64,000 nt of DNA from Malacoraja senta (Eukaryota): contig CM075998.1 of assembly GCA_038087875.1 (NCBI GenBank), forward strand, positions 1,738,001 to 1,802,000, given 5' to 3'. The notes under the pieces were generated by a model. That model did not search any database and was not told the origin of the DNA. It saw only the letters and a program-made list of their open reading frames with translations. Shown one piece after another: positions 52,331-64,000 of this stretch. Within the stretch, counting starts at the first letter, position 1; each line of letters starts with the position of its first letter. A program made the position numbers and the translations under genes.

Positions 52331-52629
52331 TAGCACCACCGGAAACTGGAGGAGCAGCACCTCATATTCCGCTTGGGCAATCTGCATCCCAGTGGCCTGA
52401 ACATTGACTTCTCCAATTTCCAGTAGCCCTTGCTGTCTCCTCCCATTCTCAGCTCTCCCTCAGCCCTCTGGCTCCTCTTCCTTTCTTCTTCCTGCCCCCC
52501 CCCCCACCCCCCCCCCCACCCCCCACCCTGCATCAGTCTGAAGAAGGGTTTCGGCCAGAAACGTTGCCTATTTCCTTCGCTCCATAAATGCTGCCTCACC
52601 CGCTGAGTTTCTCCAGCATTTTCGTCTAC
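52331..52629 (+). mobile_element. Penelope-like element 3' end: GIY-YIG endonuclease C-terminus plus hammerhead-like terminal repeat
   Basis: 52337-52426 encodes HRKLEEQHLIFRLGNLHPSGLNIDFSNFQ-stop (typical PLE endonuclease C-terminal E..I..L....P.GLN), then gtctgaagaagggtttcggccagaaacgtt. Flanked by caatgaactgaat (52318-52330) and caatgacctgaat (52630-52642). Confidence 0.8.
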
Positions 52630-54116
52630 CAATGACCTGAATAACTTGGGCCTTCTATAATACTTGTTTTAACAACATCAGCATATTAAAATAAATAAAG
52701 TTAACGTGGGCTTAATGTTCCCGTGACAGAAAATGCATCTCCCTAACTATTTTGCTTCATTATCTTGTCCTTGGATTGAGATGATCCATATAATTAGTTC
52801 TGCCTTACAACAATCTACATTTTGGATAATGTTTCTTGTCTATACGTATCAAGTCTTGAAACAATGTCTGGTTATTTTAAATTGATCTCAGGTATTGCTT
52901 GGTTCCACGGAAAGTGTTGTAATTGTGTGGGTTTGGAGTGCATGTGTTCAGGAACTAATCAGCTCAACCTCCAAGTCAAATGATGAATTGTTCCTTGGGT
53001 GGTGGGTTATGGTGGCTGAGATTAGAATTCCAATTGACCAAACACGACTGGAATAGTGTCGTCAAGAGCACAGGACTCCAGTGATACATCCTGATGTCAA
53101 ATAATCCAGAGAGTCTGAAGAAGGGTCTCGACGCAAAACGTCACCCATTCCTTCTCTCCAGAGATGCTGCCTGTCCCGCTGAGTTACTCCAGCATTTTGT
53201 GTCCATCTTCGGTGTAAACCAGCATCTGCAGTTCCTTCCTATACAGAGTTGTACAGCACGGACACACTGGGACAGTAGGGTCACCAAATAATTGTACGTA
53301 AGATACATCTAAGTATGTAAGAACTTAAGAAATAGAAGCAGGAATCGGCATGCGGCCCCTTGAGCTTCTTGGGTCAGTATTTCAGACTCAGTAGTATGGT
53401 GCGAAATGTTTGACGATGTTTACAGATGAGTGAGATCTTGCTGCAGTTTACACTTAAGCTTATACGTGGGACTGAGTGCCATCATTAACTACATTTAATC
53501 TGAACTTGTCAACGTTCAACGCGACAAAAGTATCCGTTTTTTTAAACGCTGTTCTAACTTGTTGGGACAAGGATTTCCTGGTAAACAGGAGACAGAGCTG
53601 TTTGGATTTCACTACCAATTTTAGGTGAGAGATAAGATCCCTACTTGCAATTCCCATGGACAAAATTAGCAGCTTAACTAATTGGAGGCACAGTGTGTTA
53701 ATGAAGTTTATCTTGAGTATAAATCAACGTCAGTGAAGACTATTCATTTTCATTTTATTTTGTAAGGCTTAAATAGATCTTTTGTTCTATTAAACGGCTC
53801 TTTGCCTTTAAAATAGATTATGTGACACAGGTTATATATGACGATGTTAACCTTCTAGGTGCTGAAAAGTCTGTACCAAAGCAATTAGATCTCTTTGCAT
53901 CAGGTTTTTTTTTAAAGAAATCACATGCAAAGACAATTTTATCGTTTCAGGTCATGCTAGCAGTTATTTCTGGGTGAAATTGCGTCATTTGAGAAATTGG
54001 CCTTACACTTCAGAGCAGAATGCCGAACTACAATCTACCTCATTGGTGACCCTCGGACTATCCTTGATCAGACTTTGTTGGCTTTACCTTGCACTAAACG
54101 TTATTCCCTTATCATG

Positions 54117-54281
54117 AATAATAGTCTGAAGAATAATAGAATAATAAGTCTGAAGAAGGGTCTCGAATCGAAACGTTACCCATTCCTTCTCTCCAGAGAT
54201 GCTGCCTGCCCCGCTGAGTTACTCCAGCATTTCCTGTCTATCTTCGATTTAAACCAGCATCTGCAGTTCTTTCCTACACAC
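54117..54281 (+). mobile_element. Penelope-like remnant nested in a LINE tail, with a 12-bp flanking duplication
   Basis: tcccttatcatg at 54105-54116 and 54282-54293; the host repeat rejoins across the insertion. Confidence 0.8.
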
Positions 54282-54544
54282 TCCCTTATCATGTATATAT
54301 ACACTGTAAATGGCTCATTTGTAATCATGTCTTGTCTTTCTGCTGACTGGATGGCACGCAACAAAAAGATTTTCACCGTACCTCGGTACACGTGACGATA
54401 AACTGAACTGAAATGTACAGTAATGGCTGCTGTACATCAATCTAGTTTTTAACTTTATCGAGGAGCTTGTGTCTACCGTCACAAAAGAAGCTCTGCCACG
54501 AACAAATTCAAACATTTCCTCGTTGGTCTTCATTGTGGGAGTCC

Positions 54545-54775
54545 AAGATCTGTGGAATTCACAGAAGGCAGTGGAGGCCAATTCACTGGATGTTTTCAAG
54601 AGAGAGTTGGGTTTAGCTCTATCAAGGGATATGGGGAGAAAGCAGGAACAGGGTACTGATTTTGGAGGATCAGCCATGATCACATTGAATGGTGGTGCTG
54701 GCCCGAAGGGCTGAATGGCCTACTCCTGCACCTATTTTCTATTTTTCTATGTCTATGTTTCTATGTTTCTATGTC
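54545..54775 (+). mobile_element. CR1 LINE 3' end
   Basis: LWNS...AVEANSLDVFKREL remnant and (tttctatg)n tail. Confidence 0.85.
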
Positions 54776-57700
54776 TCTAAGCATAGTATGAGTGAGGAGA
54801 GAGGGAGAACTAGGCACCCATCTGTTGCAATGAATCAGCCCAGCACAGTCTTCTGTGCTCAGTAGGTCAGTGACGTGTGTTGATATTTTATATCATTTAT
54901 ATAAAGGGTAAAAAAATGTAAACTTTAATGATGCCTGTTTCAACAAAGGCCAGCATCTGCATTACTGAGACAGCATAAATCAATAATCAACAAGGATCTC
55001 AACTCCCACCGTCAGTCAGTTCAAGTGGCAGCATCTCATTACCATTGATTCATTAGTCAATTTTAAGTCAATTTCCTGAAGTCAAAATGAGCCACCCTGT
55101 TATCATTAGGTTCTGACATGGGTTAAATGAGAGATGGGGAGGTGAGAGATATGGGGCTCGACGGGGTAATGGAATTAGGGTTAGGTTTAGGTGATGGGAG
55201 GTGGGAAGAGGGGCAGTGAGGTCTAGGTATAGAAATTTTACAAGGTTGCTTGTTTTTTCATAGGGATACAATTAGCACGTCTCAGCTAACCCTTAGCTGA
55301 AAAGCAAAGCAGAATAAATATTTATTTTGTTCCAATTTTCTATATCGTCATGCAAAAGTGAAAAGTTATAAATCCATGCACAACAGCACCCTGCTATCGA
55401 CCTGTGTATAATTTAAACGTGCATCCTATTGACCATTAGACAAAGGAACGGGGCCTCAACCAAATCTAACTGTAACACTCACCATCGTCCATCTTCCAGT
55501 GGAAGTCTTGGACAGAAAACAGAAGGAGAAAATCCAACTGGTTTATATTCTTAGTAGCCAGGGGAAGCTCGATGTTAAAGCATTGTCCGAGATGAACTAA
55601 TTCACCTCAGATCAGGGATTTCACAAGCCTGTGAAACCTTGCACACAGAATTCACATTTCTGGAGGGGGACTGATATGGCGGCACAGTGGCGCAGCTGGT
55701 AGAGCTGCTGCTTCACAGCACCAGACACCCAGGTTCAATCCTGATCACAGGTGCTGCCTGTGTGGAGTTTGCACGTTCTCCCTGTGACCACGTGGGTTTC
55801 CTCTGGGTGTGTGTTTGTACGTTACTTGGCCTCTGTAAATTGCCCCCAGTGTGTAGGGAATGGACGAGAAGGTGGGATAATATAGAACTAGTGTCAATTT
55901 ATGATCAATGGTTGGCATGGACTTGGTAGGCCGAAGGCCTGTTTCCATGCTGTAAACTAAGCGTATTTGTGATTTTCTAAATGCATTAATGCTGTGAAAT
56001 TAAATTTAATCTCCAAAAGGCTGAAGATCCATAACATAATTTCATTGAAATGTACTAGTTCTTCAAAAGCCACAACAATGAGTAGAATATTCAGAGCAAA
56101 AGTTATTTTGCATTAATTTGTTCATGTATAGAAGCTAAGAACAGAACAGGGATTAACTAATGAAAAAAGAAGCCTCTTGTTAGAATTACATTGAACATTA
56201 CATGAACATAGAATTACATTTACGTTCACTTTGCACATAGACACAAAATGCTGGAGTAACTCAATCTGAAGAAGGGTCTCGCCCCGAAACATCAGCCATT
56301 CCTTCTCACCAGAGATGCTGCCTGTCCCGCTGAGTTGCTCAAGCATTTTGTGTCTTATCTTCGGTTTAAACCAGCACCTGCAGTTCCTTCCTACACTTGA
56401 CTTTACACATTTTGAATTTAAAATTTCCCAGAGATTTCTGAGCTGATCCAGATGAAATATGTTCGTGCCATGGATTAAAACCTTCCCAGCTTTTAGTTTC
56501 TACCGCCAGCTTGTATCTTGCTCAAAGTCAGGACTGGTATGGGTTAGGTGCAGTTCAGCGATCTCTCTCTGCTGCCCCAAATTGGCAAAGTCCCCAAGCT
56601 CACAGGAGTGCCACTTACTAAGTCAAGGTGACATTTTCATTTCCAACCCAATAGCTTCCTGAGTGAGATTGTCCAATTAGTGCCAATTAGGTTTGAATGG
56701 TGGGCAGTTTGCAACTTTGGACTTGTGTCTACTGGGAACTGGTGTGAGCAGTCCTGGATTCCTTTCACTGACAATTCTCCGGCTATAGCCATCAGCAGGA
56801 TAACACTTCCACCCTGTCTGCCTGGTTAAGGCTACGTACCAGAAATGAGAGGAGATCATGTTTATCCAATGCATTTCCCAGCTCCCATTTTTTGAACTCT
56901 GACAATTGTTATAGGTTCTCTTTAATTTCACCTTCCTCCTCCATGCTCTTCATGTAAAAGCTCCTCATTAGAGACGTGGCATTATATGCAATCTCACTCC
57001 TGCACTGAATCTCTAAATGTTACGTATCAGATCAAGGATCACTGTAAAGCGGATAACCATGCAGAGGACGTTGTTATACACAGGTTGGTTTATACGGAGC
57101 AGTGCCGTCAGTGAGTCAGCTCGACGTGAAATCAATGCCTATTAGTTCAGAATGTCTCACTGGTGGATTTTATGTGGTTTCTTTAGTGGTACCTGAAGTT
57201 AAATATCTTTCATGGAAGAATGTGGCCATTAAGCTGAGAGGCATCAATGATTGTGAGCAGAACACTTTCTTAACCTGTTGCCACTGGTGTCGCAGACATA
57301 TCTGTCCACAATAACACTGATGTAAAAGACCATGAACCGCGACCTTGTTAAGACAAGTCTCTTCATTGGCAGGACATCACTCAGTGTGTTGTGTGGCACA
57401 AGTACCACAATACTAACTGGCTGAGGAAAGCTCCAGCAGAATAAAACTGAGCATCCATGAGACAGTCGCTGAGCAATCAACAGCAGTAGATTGTACAACA
57501 TCAATATCTTACTCATCCCTTGTTCTCCATGTCAATCTACGAGACCTAACCTGGTTCATTGCATAGTGCTGAACTGCAGCTCAAGAGCAAGCAAATATGA
57601 CGTATTAATCTATTACCCACGGGAGTTCAGGTGTCCAATGGGGACTACCCCCCACACGTTTGAATCCTGTTAATGGCAGCACAGCTGGTAGAGCTGCTGT

Positions 57701-59067
57701 CTCACAGCGCCAGAGACCCGGGTTCGGTCCTGACCCCGGGTGCTGTCTGTGTGGAGTTTGCATGTTCTCCCTGTGACCGCATGAGTTTTCTTTGGGTGCT
57801 CCGGTTTGCTCCCGCTTCCCAATGACGTGCGGGTTTTTAGGTTAAATGGCCTCTGTAAATTGCCCCCAGTGTGTCGGGAGTGGATGAGAAAGTGGGATAA
57901 CATAGAACTAGTGTGAATGGGAGATAGATGGTTAGCGCGGACTCGGTGGGCCGAAGGGCCTGTTTCCACGCTCTATCTCTGAGCGTTGGATATCTGCACT
58001 CGAAACACCAAAACCGCAACTAACAGATCAGAGCAAATCTCTCCAGCCTCATCAAATCCAGTCAGAAATGATGATGGAGAGCTAACAGTGGAGGATGGTC
58101 CATGAATATTCATGTCCGTAACCACTCAAGGACCCAGCACAGAGTAAAAGGATGAGGGGGAATCATTTGCAAATGATTGTTATTAGATGGACAACGCCTT
58201 GTGATATCAGGAAGTGGCTGGGTGAGATGGATGTGAAAAGACAAATCAGTCCTGAAAATGAGATAATGTTTCAATCTCCAAGCTGCAAGGCAGACATGGA
58301 GTCTTTGAGTATTCACCGGCTCCAGGTACTTAGTGCTTGGAGTTCATGACTTGAAGAACTTCCTTGATAAGCAAGAACTGCCATAACATGTGTAGGAAGG
58401 AACTGCAGGTGCTGCTTTACACCAAAGATAGACACAAAATGCTGGAGCAACTCAGCGGGACATGCAGCATCTCTGAAGAGAAGGAATAGGTGACTGGATG
58501 GGTGGGAAACGTTACCCACTCCTTCTCTCCAGAGATGCTGCCTGTCCCGCTGAGTTACGGCAGCATTTGCTGTCCAACTGCCAAAACATGACGAGCCAAC
58601 TCACCTACAGTATCTTCCTGGTCTGAATTCATGCCATTCAGTTAATTCCTACCGTATTAGGAGACAGATCAGGAAGTTCTACTGAGAGGCTCAGTAACTC
58701 ATTCTGGTAACATTGATGATCATCCACAATGGGTTACCTTGCCAGCAACACCGTATTCTCTGAACAGATTAGTAAATATTGACACCATTCTCTGCACTTT
58801 GCTAATGAAATCCTGAAGGGTAAAGTCTGTAACCAGACTCTGGTCTTCATGTGTCTACATGCAACACAACTTCTAGATAGTATTGCAACAAACAGCAGGT
58901 TTGCAGACTGATACCTAATTAACTGACATATTCAAGGCTAACGATGATGTGTGCTCACTAATGTGGGCGCTTGAAAAAGCATTGAAACATATGGCCTCAT
59001 AATAGCTCCATATTTCTTGTTGGCGTTCTAACAGCATTGTGGCCACAGAACAGTAGTTATAGAGTGT

Positions 59068-59240
59068 CGACACAAAATGCTGGAGTAACTCAGCGGGACA
59101 GGCAGCATCTCTGGAGAGAAGGAAAGGGCGACGTTTCGGGTCGAGACCCTTCTCTCCAGAGATGCTGCCTGTCCCGCTGAGTTACTCCAGCATTTTGTGT
59201 CTACCTTCGATTTAAACCAGCATCTGCAGCTCTTTCCTAC
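59068..59240. mobile_element. Palindromic Penelope-like remnant with an 18-bp flanking direct repeat
   Basis: acagtagttatagagtgt at 59050-59067 and 59241-59258; internal inverted arms of ~50 bp. Confidence 0.85.
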
Positions 59241-59302
59241 ACAGTAGTTATAGAGTGTATGGCTCTGAAATTCTCACTCTTTATGTGGCTTTAACACACA
59301 CA

Positions 59303-60022
59303 ATTCAAGTTCAAGTTCAAGTGAGTTTATTGTCATGTGTCCCTGATAGGACAATGAAAATCTTGCTTTCCTTCAGCACAACAGAACATAGTAGGCATTG
59401 ACTACAAGGCATTCTATAAATATATATATACACACATGAATCAATATACTGATAAAGTGCAAATAACAGTATTGGCTAATAAAGTTCAGTGTTATGTCCG
59501 AGCCAGGTTCAATAGCCTGATGGCTGTGGGGAAGTAGCTATTCCTGAACCTGGTCGTTGCAGTCTTCAGGCTCCTGTACCTTCTACCTGAAGGTAGTAGG
59601 GAGATGAGTGAGTGGCCAGGATGGTGTGGGTCCTTGATGATACTGCCAGCCTTTTTGAGGCAGCGACTGCGATAGATCCCCTCGATGGAAGGGAGGTCAG
59701 AGCCGATGATGAACTGGGCAGTGATTACTACTTTTTGTAGTCTTTTCCTCTCCAGGGCGCTCAAGTTGCCGAACCAAGCCACGATGCAACCGGTCAGCAT
59801 GCTCTCTACTGTGCACCTGTAGAAGTTAGAGAGAGTCCTCCTTGACAAACCGACTCTCCGTAATCTTCTCAGGAAGTAGAGGCGCTGATGTGCTTTCTTA
59901 ATAATGGCATCAGTGTTCTCGGGCCAGGAAAGATCTTCAGAGATGTGCATGCCCAGGAATTTGAAGCTCTTGACCCTTTCAACCATAAAATGATATAAAC
60001 GGGACTGTGGGTCCCCATCCTA
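59303..60022 (-). mobile_element. Rex1/Babar-type LINE 3' fragment with (TTGAAC)n tail
   Basis: ORF 59492-59986 (FKFLG..KKAHQRLYFLRRL..HPGH..LPSGRRYR..YFPTAIRLLN) is homologous to the C-terminus of ORF 1235-2305. Confidence 0.9.
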
Positions 60023-60204
60023 CAATTCAATTGTAAGGTTCACAGAGAGCCATATATTCTATGACTACTGTTGTCTCACGTTTCCCAGTGTGACGATGTG
60101 CTGAAACTGACTCTTGGATACAGCATTGTGTTCGCTATTGATATGTTGCAGGTTCTCATTGGTTTTCAGTAGGTGTGGTTCAAAGGGGGCATAATATTAG
60201 CAAA

Positions 60205-60400
60205 AGATAGACACAAAAAGCTGGAGTAACTCAGCAGGTCAGTGAGCATCTCTGGAAAAATGAAATAGGTGACGTTTCGGGTCGAGACCCATCTTCAGAC
60301 ACTTCTATTCCTTTTCTCCAGAGATGCTGACTGACTCACTGAGTTACTCCAGCTTTTGTGTCTATCTTCGATTTAAACCAGCATCTGCAGTTCCTTCCTC
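60205..60400. mobile_element. Inverted pair of Penelope-like remnants; hammerhead-like core on minus strand at 60271-60298
   Basis: The minus strand reads CTGAAGA-T-GGGT-CTCG-ACCC-GAAAC-GTC. Confidence 0.8.
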
Positions 60401-61510
60401 GACAATATAAACAATGCTCTTACAGTTACAGGAGGTGTTGCCACTGAATGAATGAATTCAGCAAGGATGGGGAGTGTTGAGATGGGGGATGAAAGTGTCC
60501 GGGATAGACTGGGGAAGCGCAGCACCTGAGGAAGAGACTTGAAGACTCTCCAGGACAACAGCCTGAGGTTGCCAGGGAGGTCTCTGCAGGGGCATGAATG
60601 CAGACGGTGGGTGCCTGCACTTTGGGGAAAGCTGCAGTCGAGGTGTTCGAGTGCCAGTGCACGTGGGCTGGAGAAAAAGTAAGTGAGTTCTCTTCTTGTG
60701 GAGAAAGGAACTGCAGGTGCTGGTTTACACCGAAGACACAAAATGATGGAGTAACTCAGCGGGTCAGGCAGCATCTGTGGATAGAAGGAATGGGTGATGT
60801 TTCGGATTGAGACCCTTCTTCAGACTGCTCTTGTTGAGTAGGGAGCTTGGATGACTTCATCAATGCAGAAAAGTGAAGTGCAGCAGAAATAGGCAGCGGC
60901 AGCCTGGAATGTTCTGGGAAACTGAGCGTAGCCATCACCCTGATCTACATTGGCAAAGCATTCAAGGCACACAACTGAGGAAGTGTCCGAGGTCATAGGA
61001 GCTCACCGATCTCAATGCAGTTTGAATATTGGCTCTGTATGTAGCAGTGTCTGGGGTATTAATAAAATCTGCCTGTTCAAAGAATATATGAGAACTGACG
61101 GGGTTTTTCAGTCCAGCACGGTTGAAAATCTCAGTGTAAATTAACTTTGGATAATTTGGAAGAGGAATCGTGTGAGGGAGAACAAAATACCTGCCGAACA
61201 AAGAGGAGTCAAGTTTCCTGACAGGCACGAGGACATCCAGATATATGTGCAAATCGCTCGACTCTCGGGGAACCCCATTTTTAGCAGCACTGTACTGTTT
61301 TATTTCGGAGTTAAGCAAACCAATTTGTAGCATGTAATACCTTTTGAACACTTGCCTAAAGATCAATATTGAAATCAAACTCTGGGCAATTTCCACCATT
61401 CAGAGCTTTCTTCATCGATTCTGAGTTATTTTGGGGATATTGAGTCGAATCCAGATCTGAATTCATTCAGATTTGATGTATTTCACTCAAATCACCAGGG
61501 CTCAATTTCA

Positions 61511-61830
61511 ATAGACACAAACTGCTGGAGTAAATCAGTGGGTCAGGCAGCATCCCTGCAGAGAAGGAATGGGTGACCCTTCTTCAAACTGAGAGCCAGG
61601 GGAAAGGGAAACAAAAGATATAGACGGTTGATGTGGAGAGTTATAGAACAAATGAATGAAAGATATGCAAATAATGTGACGATGATAAAGGGAACAGACC
61701 ATTGTTAGCTTTGCTAGGTGAGAACGGGAACCTGGTGCGACTTGGGTGGGGGGAGGATGGAGAGAGAGGGAGTGCAGGAGTTACGAAGTTAGAGAAATCA
61801 ATATTCATACCACGGGGTTGTAAGCTCAAG
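61511..61830 (-). mobile_element. Penelope-like element 3' end with GIY-YIG C-terminal remnant
   Basis: SLQPRGMNIDFSNF at ~61826-61785, followed by the family terminal repeat. Confidence 0.75.
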
Positions 61831-63805
61831 GGTTGTTATTTCAATAGGTTTAATTGTGAACTGGAAATCGCAGTAGCCATCAACTGGAGTAAAACATGGC
61901 AGAAATGCACACTGCAAACCATTGACACATGTTGATGTAACGTGCAGTAACACCATAAGGCACAAACTACTTTACAACTGCTAAACTGATTTAAGTTGCT
62001 GATTAAAGGCTGCAAATAACCACAAGTAACTTCCAAGGAAAGGCTAAATATTTATTCCATAAAGTGTATATATGTCAGAGTAAATTACCCAATTATCTTG
62101 TCTTATTTCCATTTAAATGGGTGTACATAGTTTTAATTTATGATGATATACTTTCATAAGTAGCAATTTACACTTGGAGAACAGCAATTGCATTTTGTGT
62201 TAGTGGCAGCTGGTCAGATAGCAGTCTCTGGTAAAGTGTCGGAAGGAACTGCAGATGCAGGTTTAAACCGAAGACAGACACAAAATACTGGAGTAACTCA
62301 GCGGGTCAGACAGCATGTCTGGAGAAAAGGAATAGGTGACGTTTTGGGTCGAGACTTTGCTAATCCCATTTACACCATTAAACATATATTTCTATTTACT
62401 TACCATCCCCTCATGTATTTTCCATCCATCTCTTTTGTCATTTAATCGCTCCCATCTTCAATTTTATCAGGAGCTGAACCATCTAGAGAGCAGTCCTGAA
62501 CTACTATCTACCTCATTGGTGGTCCTTGGACTATGTTTGATCGGACTTTACTGGCTTTATCTTGCACTAAACGTTATTCCCTTATCATGTATCTGTACGC
62601 TGTGAATGGCTCGATTGTAATCATGTATTATCTTTCCACTGACTGGTTAGCACGCAACAAATGCGTTTCACTGTACCTCGGTACACGTGACAATAAACTA
62701 AACTAAACTAAACTAGGTTCCTCTTTTATTCTTTCCTCCCAACCCCATTACCAACCTGTAATAAAAATGAACTGCAGATGATGGTTTATACTCCTACTCC
62801 TAACCTCACGGCTTGCACCTTAACATTTGTTTTATCTCTAACGTTTCCCAGTTCGGATGAAGGATCGTCAACGTGAAATGTTAAATCGGTTTCTCTCTTC
62901 ACAGACACTGCCTGACCTGCTGAGTATTTCCAGCATCTTTTTTTTTGTTTTATTCCTCAATGAAGTCTTTCGTTAGTATCTTAAGATTACTAACTGTACC
63001 ATGGAATCTAACCTTCTGTTGTCAGGATTCCACACGACCTATTAAAATGACATAAATTTAGATACTTGCTCTAATATTTGCCTCTGTTGACCGCCAGTGC
63101 ATTGAATCCAACACAGTTCAAGGTCTGATAAAGTTGCCCGCACAGCCTGTGCTGGGAATTCACCATGGAGCAACAAAAACCCAGCAGCTCATGACTTCCC
63201 ATTCTGCGCCCTCATGGTTACACAGTCCGGTGTCATTACCTGAGCTACTGCAGCCGGGCTTGCAACCCTCAAACTGTATTTCTGTTCTGAGGCCCGATGA
63301 CTAAAATAACAAGCTTTCAAGAAGACAGTAAAGGTTTTCCTTATTGTCCTTTGACTACAGGTTAATTGATCATACCTGTCCTGGCTGAATGCAAGAAACC
63401 ATCATTGTACAACAGAATGGATCAGGAGCTAATGGAGAAGACATGCTTGGGTGTAGAAAGGTTACCCTTCAATGCACAAGTAAATTTCTCCTCTCCCAGC
63501 TTCTCTTGTCCACATGCTCAATGTGAAGTTAGCCTCTCGTATATTCACCCGAGACAGGCATACCAATCAATTCATAAATAAAAGACAATTGCATGTTATT
63601 ATATAGAGGATGTCACAGGTATGGATTAGGTCTAATAAATGACCCCACAAGTGAACCTGATGGGATAATTTGCAAGTAACAGTCACAAATTAGTTGTAGT
63701 TGATGTCTCCAAGTTATATTCATCACCCCCTCCCTGCTGCTTGTGATTTGTTTTCATAATTCTGCATTTTCCAAAATACAAATTTTCAGTACAAAACGTT
63801 ACAGA

Positions 63806-63852
63806 GGGGGGGGGGGGGGGGGGGGTGATATATATATATATATATATATATA
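63806..63852. repeat. Poly-G run plus (AT)n microsatellite
   Basis: Directly visible. Confidence 0.95.
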
Positions 63853-64000
63853 GATCAGGTCTTACATCTGGGATTTTTTTAGTAACTTTTGCAATGATTA
63901 TATCGAGAGTGACGGGCAGGGAGAGAGGAAGACTCATTTTCTGAAGGAGCAGGTGTAATCCACTCGAAAGACTTCAATATTGTGCAGCAATATTGGCAGA

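Overview
Repeat-rich vertebrate genomic DNA, most likely from a cartilaginous fish (skate/ray or shark, inferred from HE1-type SINEs, CR1/HER1 tails and Deu-domain SINEs). Parts of two minus-strand genes are supported. (1) The CpG-rich promoter and first two coding exons (5044-4989, 605-407) of a cell-cycle-type gene that is probably TROAP/tastin; the ORF track misses it. (2) The last coding exon of a C1q-like gene, best matching C1QL4 (41659-41480), whose first exon lies beyond the window. Much of the rest is mobile DNA: decayed CR1 and Rex1/Babar-type LINEs, many tRNA-derived SINEs, and a 1043-bp non-autonomous DNA transposon with a 7-bp TSD. There are also about 25 short Penelope-like-element remnants, many carrying a minimal hammerhead-ribozyme core; they occur as inverted pairs and as two 66-bp tandem arrays. 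No prokaryotic system, CRISPR array, rRNA or genuine tRNA gene is supported. Family names come from recall, not database searches, and repeat boundaries are approximate unless a TSD is given.
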